From Nemertoderma westbladi (lineage: Eukaryota; Animalia; Xenacoelomorpha): a DNA stretch of 37,169 nucleotides. The position numbers were made by a program, and so were the translations under genes. The stretch spans positions 1 through 37,169 of the forward strand of contig JAUCBJ010005147.1 in assembly GCA_032718475.1 (NCBI GenBank). The letters run 5' to 3'. Below are positions 34,701-37,169 of this stretch, piece after piece. Numbering within the stretch: the first letter of the stretch is position 1; the number at the start of each line of letters is the position of its first letter. The notes beneath the pieces are model-generated. The model saw only the letters and a program-made list of their open reading frames with translations, did not search any database and was not told the origin of the DNA.

Positions 34701-36839
34701 ATTATCCATTACTTTGTCATGAATAGTTGTTGGTAAACGCAGGTCATTCAAACATCCGATAACCAATCCTGAAACAACCCTTTGCATGGCTGATTTACTA
34801 GTAAGTTGTGAAACAAACAAGTTATTAACATAAGATATAACGTAGATGTATTCGGATGTACCATTACTTAACTTACTCAGTAATCCATTAATGTACACAG
34901 ATATTAATTTGCATCCAAATATACGCGAATCTAATACTTTGTCTTGTAGACTTTCATTAGAGGCCGTTGATGGGTCGCATCCACCGATATATAGTTTGAT
35001 GTTCGAAGAGATATCGTTATCTTCATCGACAGGTTCGAAACATTTACCCCAATCAACTAGCATTTTGCTTTGATCTAAAATGCCAGAATGTAAACATAAA
35101 TTCACCCAAAGACCAACCCGATTAAAAACATTCAGATCTCCGCTTTGACTTGAATTACTAAAAGCGCACTTCCACGTCTTAAAAACAATATCTAATAAAG
35201 TTGAAGAAGATTCAACAACTGCTAGTTGGAATAAATTATTAGTGAGTGTAATAAGCGTTTGATCCAGAACATGTCCATTTAAATTATTGGATTCTATCAT
35301 TGATAAAATTGTTAACAGGCAAGATTCTTTGACGCATAACAATGGGTGCGATAAGAAATTCCACAACCTTTCCGTTAGGGTAGAAAAAAATTTGTTTTCC
35401 AAACTGCTAGAGACATTAGAAAACTCAGAACTAGAAATAATGGCAGACAATAAACCCATTACGGAAGAGGTAGATGTTGTTAGATTATCCAAAGATGTCA
35501 GAACGTTGCATAGAATGCTGCATAAGTTAGGAATTTCATTTGGAATAGATGCTACGAGATTATCAGCAACATAAATCAAAGAAGATGCGGCTTGGGAACG
35601 GACATCGTCACTGCTATCCTGCAGAGCCCCGATTACGCAGGGCAAAGCTAACCACGTGATAGAAGAGATGCTATTGCTTCTAACGGCGAGGATGTACTTG
35701 AGGCCGAGGAGACCGCCATGCTTGACCTCCCACTTAAAAGAAGAACACATTGCAAGGAGAAGTTTCAAAATTTTCTCCATAACATCGTCGCTCGTAACGT
35801 ATTTAGCAACTTTACCAAGAACTTGTGCGGCAGATTCTCTGACGGGGGCTGCTACCTCATCAGAAATATAGTCACCAAAACGATCCAAGGATAACACTGA
35901 AATAACCTTCAAGGCAATATCGCACAGCACAATTTGATTATCGATGTTTCCATTGGTGGTCCCCCCGACAAAGTCTCCTTGGGTTTTGAGTAAATCCCTT
36001 AAACCTGTACTCGCACCATGTCGCACTTCCCATAAAGGGTGGAAAAGATCCTGCAACAAGAAATCCAGGAACGGCTTAAACCCCCAACAGCCCGGCGGAG
36101 GGAGATACTCCTCTACTGAAGGTAGACTCTTTAATCGCTTAGCTTCACTTCCATTAGTGTTATCGCCACCGCTACCGGTACCTGTTGCATCCCTACTGTA
36201 GGAACGCTTACTGGTGGACCGCGCTTTACGCTTGCTTTTGTTCATCAGCCTTGAGGACTCTAGTGTGTCATCGATGAGATCGCCGCCTTCGATGAGACCA
36301 TCGGCGATCGACTGACCACCGATGGAGAGGCCAAGATGCTTCATTATCCCGTCTTTCTGTTTCGACAAATCACCTTCATCGTCGCTGCAATCAAACTCAA
36401 ACCCACAGGAAGCAACCAATGGAGTACCCTGATTAATGATCTTCTCGATATCGAAGTTATCAAAGGTTAATAGGTCATATTCCGAAATACCAAGCAAACA
36501 GTATATTTGATTAGGATGAAAGTAACTGGAAGTCTGAGTTTGATAGGTATTCGTAGATTCCTTTTTGCACCCCAAAGTGTCGGCAGTTTCAGATACACCA
36601 AAAGTGTCACTAGGTAATGAAGGTGCAGTCCTAGCGATGCTATCAACAGCGTGACCAGCAGCGATCCGTGTATCCCAGCTAGGACTGCGAAGCAAATTAT
36701 GAACACGGGACAGTAATATTTTCAGTTGGTGCGGGTGCAGTTTACATATCTCGCCTAATTGTTCTGCAGCAGCCTTTCGTACATATGGATTCGAACCTGA
36801 ATCTAACAGTTTTATAAGTCGATCTCGCCGAGAAGACAT
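31731..36839 (-). CDS. BTAF1: TBP-associated factor 172 / Mot1 SNF2-family ATPase, single-exon
   Basis: N-terminus MSSRRDRLIKLLDSGS..VRKAAAEQLG, SWDTRIAAG, WEVRHGA, DRFGDYISDEVAAPVRE HEAT region; SNF2 motifs DDLGLGKS, LDEGH, LTGTPIQN, LRRVKEDVLKDLPPK, DHDWNP, QAMDRAHRIGQ. 1702 aa uninterrupted. Confidence 0.97.
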   Translation of the reverse strand: MSSRRDRLIKLLDSGSNPYVRKAAAEQLGEICKLHPHQLKILLSRVHNLLRSPSWDTRIAAGHAVDSIARTAPSLPSDTFGVSETADTLGCKKESTNTYQTQTSSYFHPNQIYCLLGISEYDLLTFDNFDIEKIINQGTPLVASCGFEFDCSDDEGDLSKQKDGIMKHLGLSIGGQSIADGLIEGGDLIDDTLESSRLMNKSKRKARSTSKRSYSRDATGTGSGGDNTNGSEAKRLKSLPSVEEYLPPPGCWGFKPFLDFLLQDLFHPLWEVRHGASTGLRDLLKTQGDFVGGTTNGNIDNQIVLCDIALKVISVLSLDRFGDYISDEVAAPVRESAAQVLGKVAKYVTSDDVMEKILKLLLAMCSSFKWEVKHGGLLGLKYILAVRSNSISSITWLALPCVIGALQDSSDDVRSQAASSLIYVADNLVASIPNEIPNLCSILCNVLTSLDNLTTSTSSVMGLLSAIISSSEFSNVSSSLENKFFSTLTERLWNFLSHPLLCVKESCLLTILSMIESNNLNGHVLDQTLITLTNNLFQLAVVESSSTLLDIVFKTWKCAFSNSSQSGDLNVFNRVGLWVNLCLHSGILDQSKMLVDWGKCFEPVDEDNDISSNIKLYIGGCDPSTASNESLQDKVLDSRIFGCKLISVYINGLLSKLSNGTSEYIYVISYVNNLFVSQLTSKSAMQRVVSGLVIGCLNDLRLPTTIHDKVMDNVAVQLDIVLNDNVFYDELACLFLQMQSECKSVNAALGNSIGDGSHVFNLDEADKVGNSKSGNRSEDLQCKQSQLVSTVQEIRSVYQLLSMQVNVCSAWALVSFSTRPSKLNPIIRPLMDCIKCQSTAKCLQVLASEALSMLINILGSANPGPKIITNLCKMICSDSIINYLSCDNTEDQLTYVVCLFRNSSEPIETVTRSVGALRVLTALSERFGQDIASLCPCIHEFVAIGLSLSVSEWKSDEKKTQQVINSLILLISLTSYWHCSSETMKSWFESHCLFATMCLSHAHPNVRHLASICFGCLAKKSFNRVLETFVFDVLPILDTDNPTSKCGAMEAVFYMVDILSVEIVPYIPVILAATLRRMTDYIEPVRLLATRSFALLVRLLPLVTANCHDGKLKFKHDESVEFLDQLLNPKSIKNSEMKVPIKTDLRGYQQEGLNWLTFLNKYNLHGVLSDDLGLGKSLMALCVIVNHHCSLQPNLSNGETSASNISIENAGDYTKGSESCRSLVVCPPVLTGHWLHEIRKFVDCKYITAKVYKNSTTNLPRFCDIIIVSYDTLRNDINSFVKYHWEYLVLDEGHIIRNSKTKLASAVRRIKAKHRLILTGTPIQNSVNELWALFDFLMPGFLGSEREFNNAYGKAINRYRPEVNKSTNSSNSTFADSALALDSLHRQVMPFILRRVKEDVLKDLPPKIVQDYYCDLSPLQSELYEQHYKSIKKDQSSPNNIFRSLQFLRKLCNHPLLIRDQVDSLDKVDLHDISHSPKMKALHQLLMDSGVGIRSGDSVVSQHRILIFSQSASMLDIIQHDLLESLLPAVSFLRLDGSIPPDRRHDVVLRFNDDPSIDLLLLTTSAGGLGINLTGADIVVFYDHDWNPVKDLQAMDRAHRIGQTRVVNVYRLITRATLEERIMNLQRFKLHVAKTVVSDDNASLATMNTDNILELMGLQTQSKVDKSDDPNSEEMLTRYFDSMAGDADSYKQEFNVAEFAAQ

Positions 36840-37169
36840 TATTTATCATGGAAATTACAGAATTACATTGTTATTAAACATAGAGACTAGACTTATCAAA
36901 CAGTCAAATACAAATATGCCTACCATATAATTTTAATAAAGCTGGCAGTAAGGCTGTATATCACAGTATCAGTATATCGGATCATATTAGCCTACTTTTC
37001 TCTGTAAATCTTTACTCGCAAGTCGCAATGGGCACCGGTCAGTCGGTATACTTATAATAATCTTTTTCACAATTCATTATTAGGAGGGCCTACTGCTGTA
37101 CTGTATTACGTATTATTTACCTAGCCCTGTAGCCTACACTGCTACATTGATTAAATGTCGTTACTGCTG

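Noticed and set aside
32125-36706. Short ORFs overlapping BTAF1
   Set aside because: Antisense or off-frame shadows without independent evidence.

Overview
AT-rich, repeat-dense animal (invertebrate-like) genomic DNA, not prokaryotic. Genes: (1) an intronless, divergent FoxQ2-like forkhead gene (+) with a non-canonical recognition helix and a C-terminal WRPW motif, followed by an apparently exact 1,261-bp tandem duplication of its 3' part; (2) an intronless TPGS1 homologue (-); (3) three internal spliced exons of a FANCJ/BRIP1-like helicase (-), whose remaining exons I could not find in the window; (4) an intronless PP1-like PPP pseudophosphatase (-) lacking most metal-binding/catalytic residues and split by a 1-bp frameshift; (5) a complete intronless BTAF1/Mot1 (-, 1702 aa). 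Transposon content: three hAT-type elements with 8-bp TSDs, a hAT transposase remnant, Harbinger-, Sola1-, MULE-, P- and TA-flanked foldback MITEs, a probable P-element excision footprint, two tRNA-derived SINE families, an RTE 3' fragment, a 5'-truncated non-LTR retrotransposon with an in-frame 60-bp/300-bp higher-order minisatellite ahead of RT, and a HINE-like repeat carrying bipartite CTCF-like motifs. All family calls come from motif recognition by eye; no searches were run.
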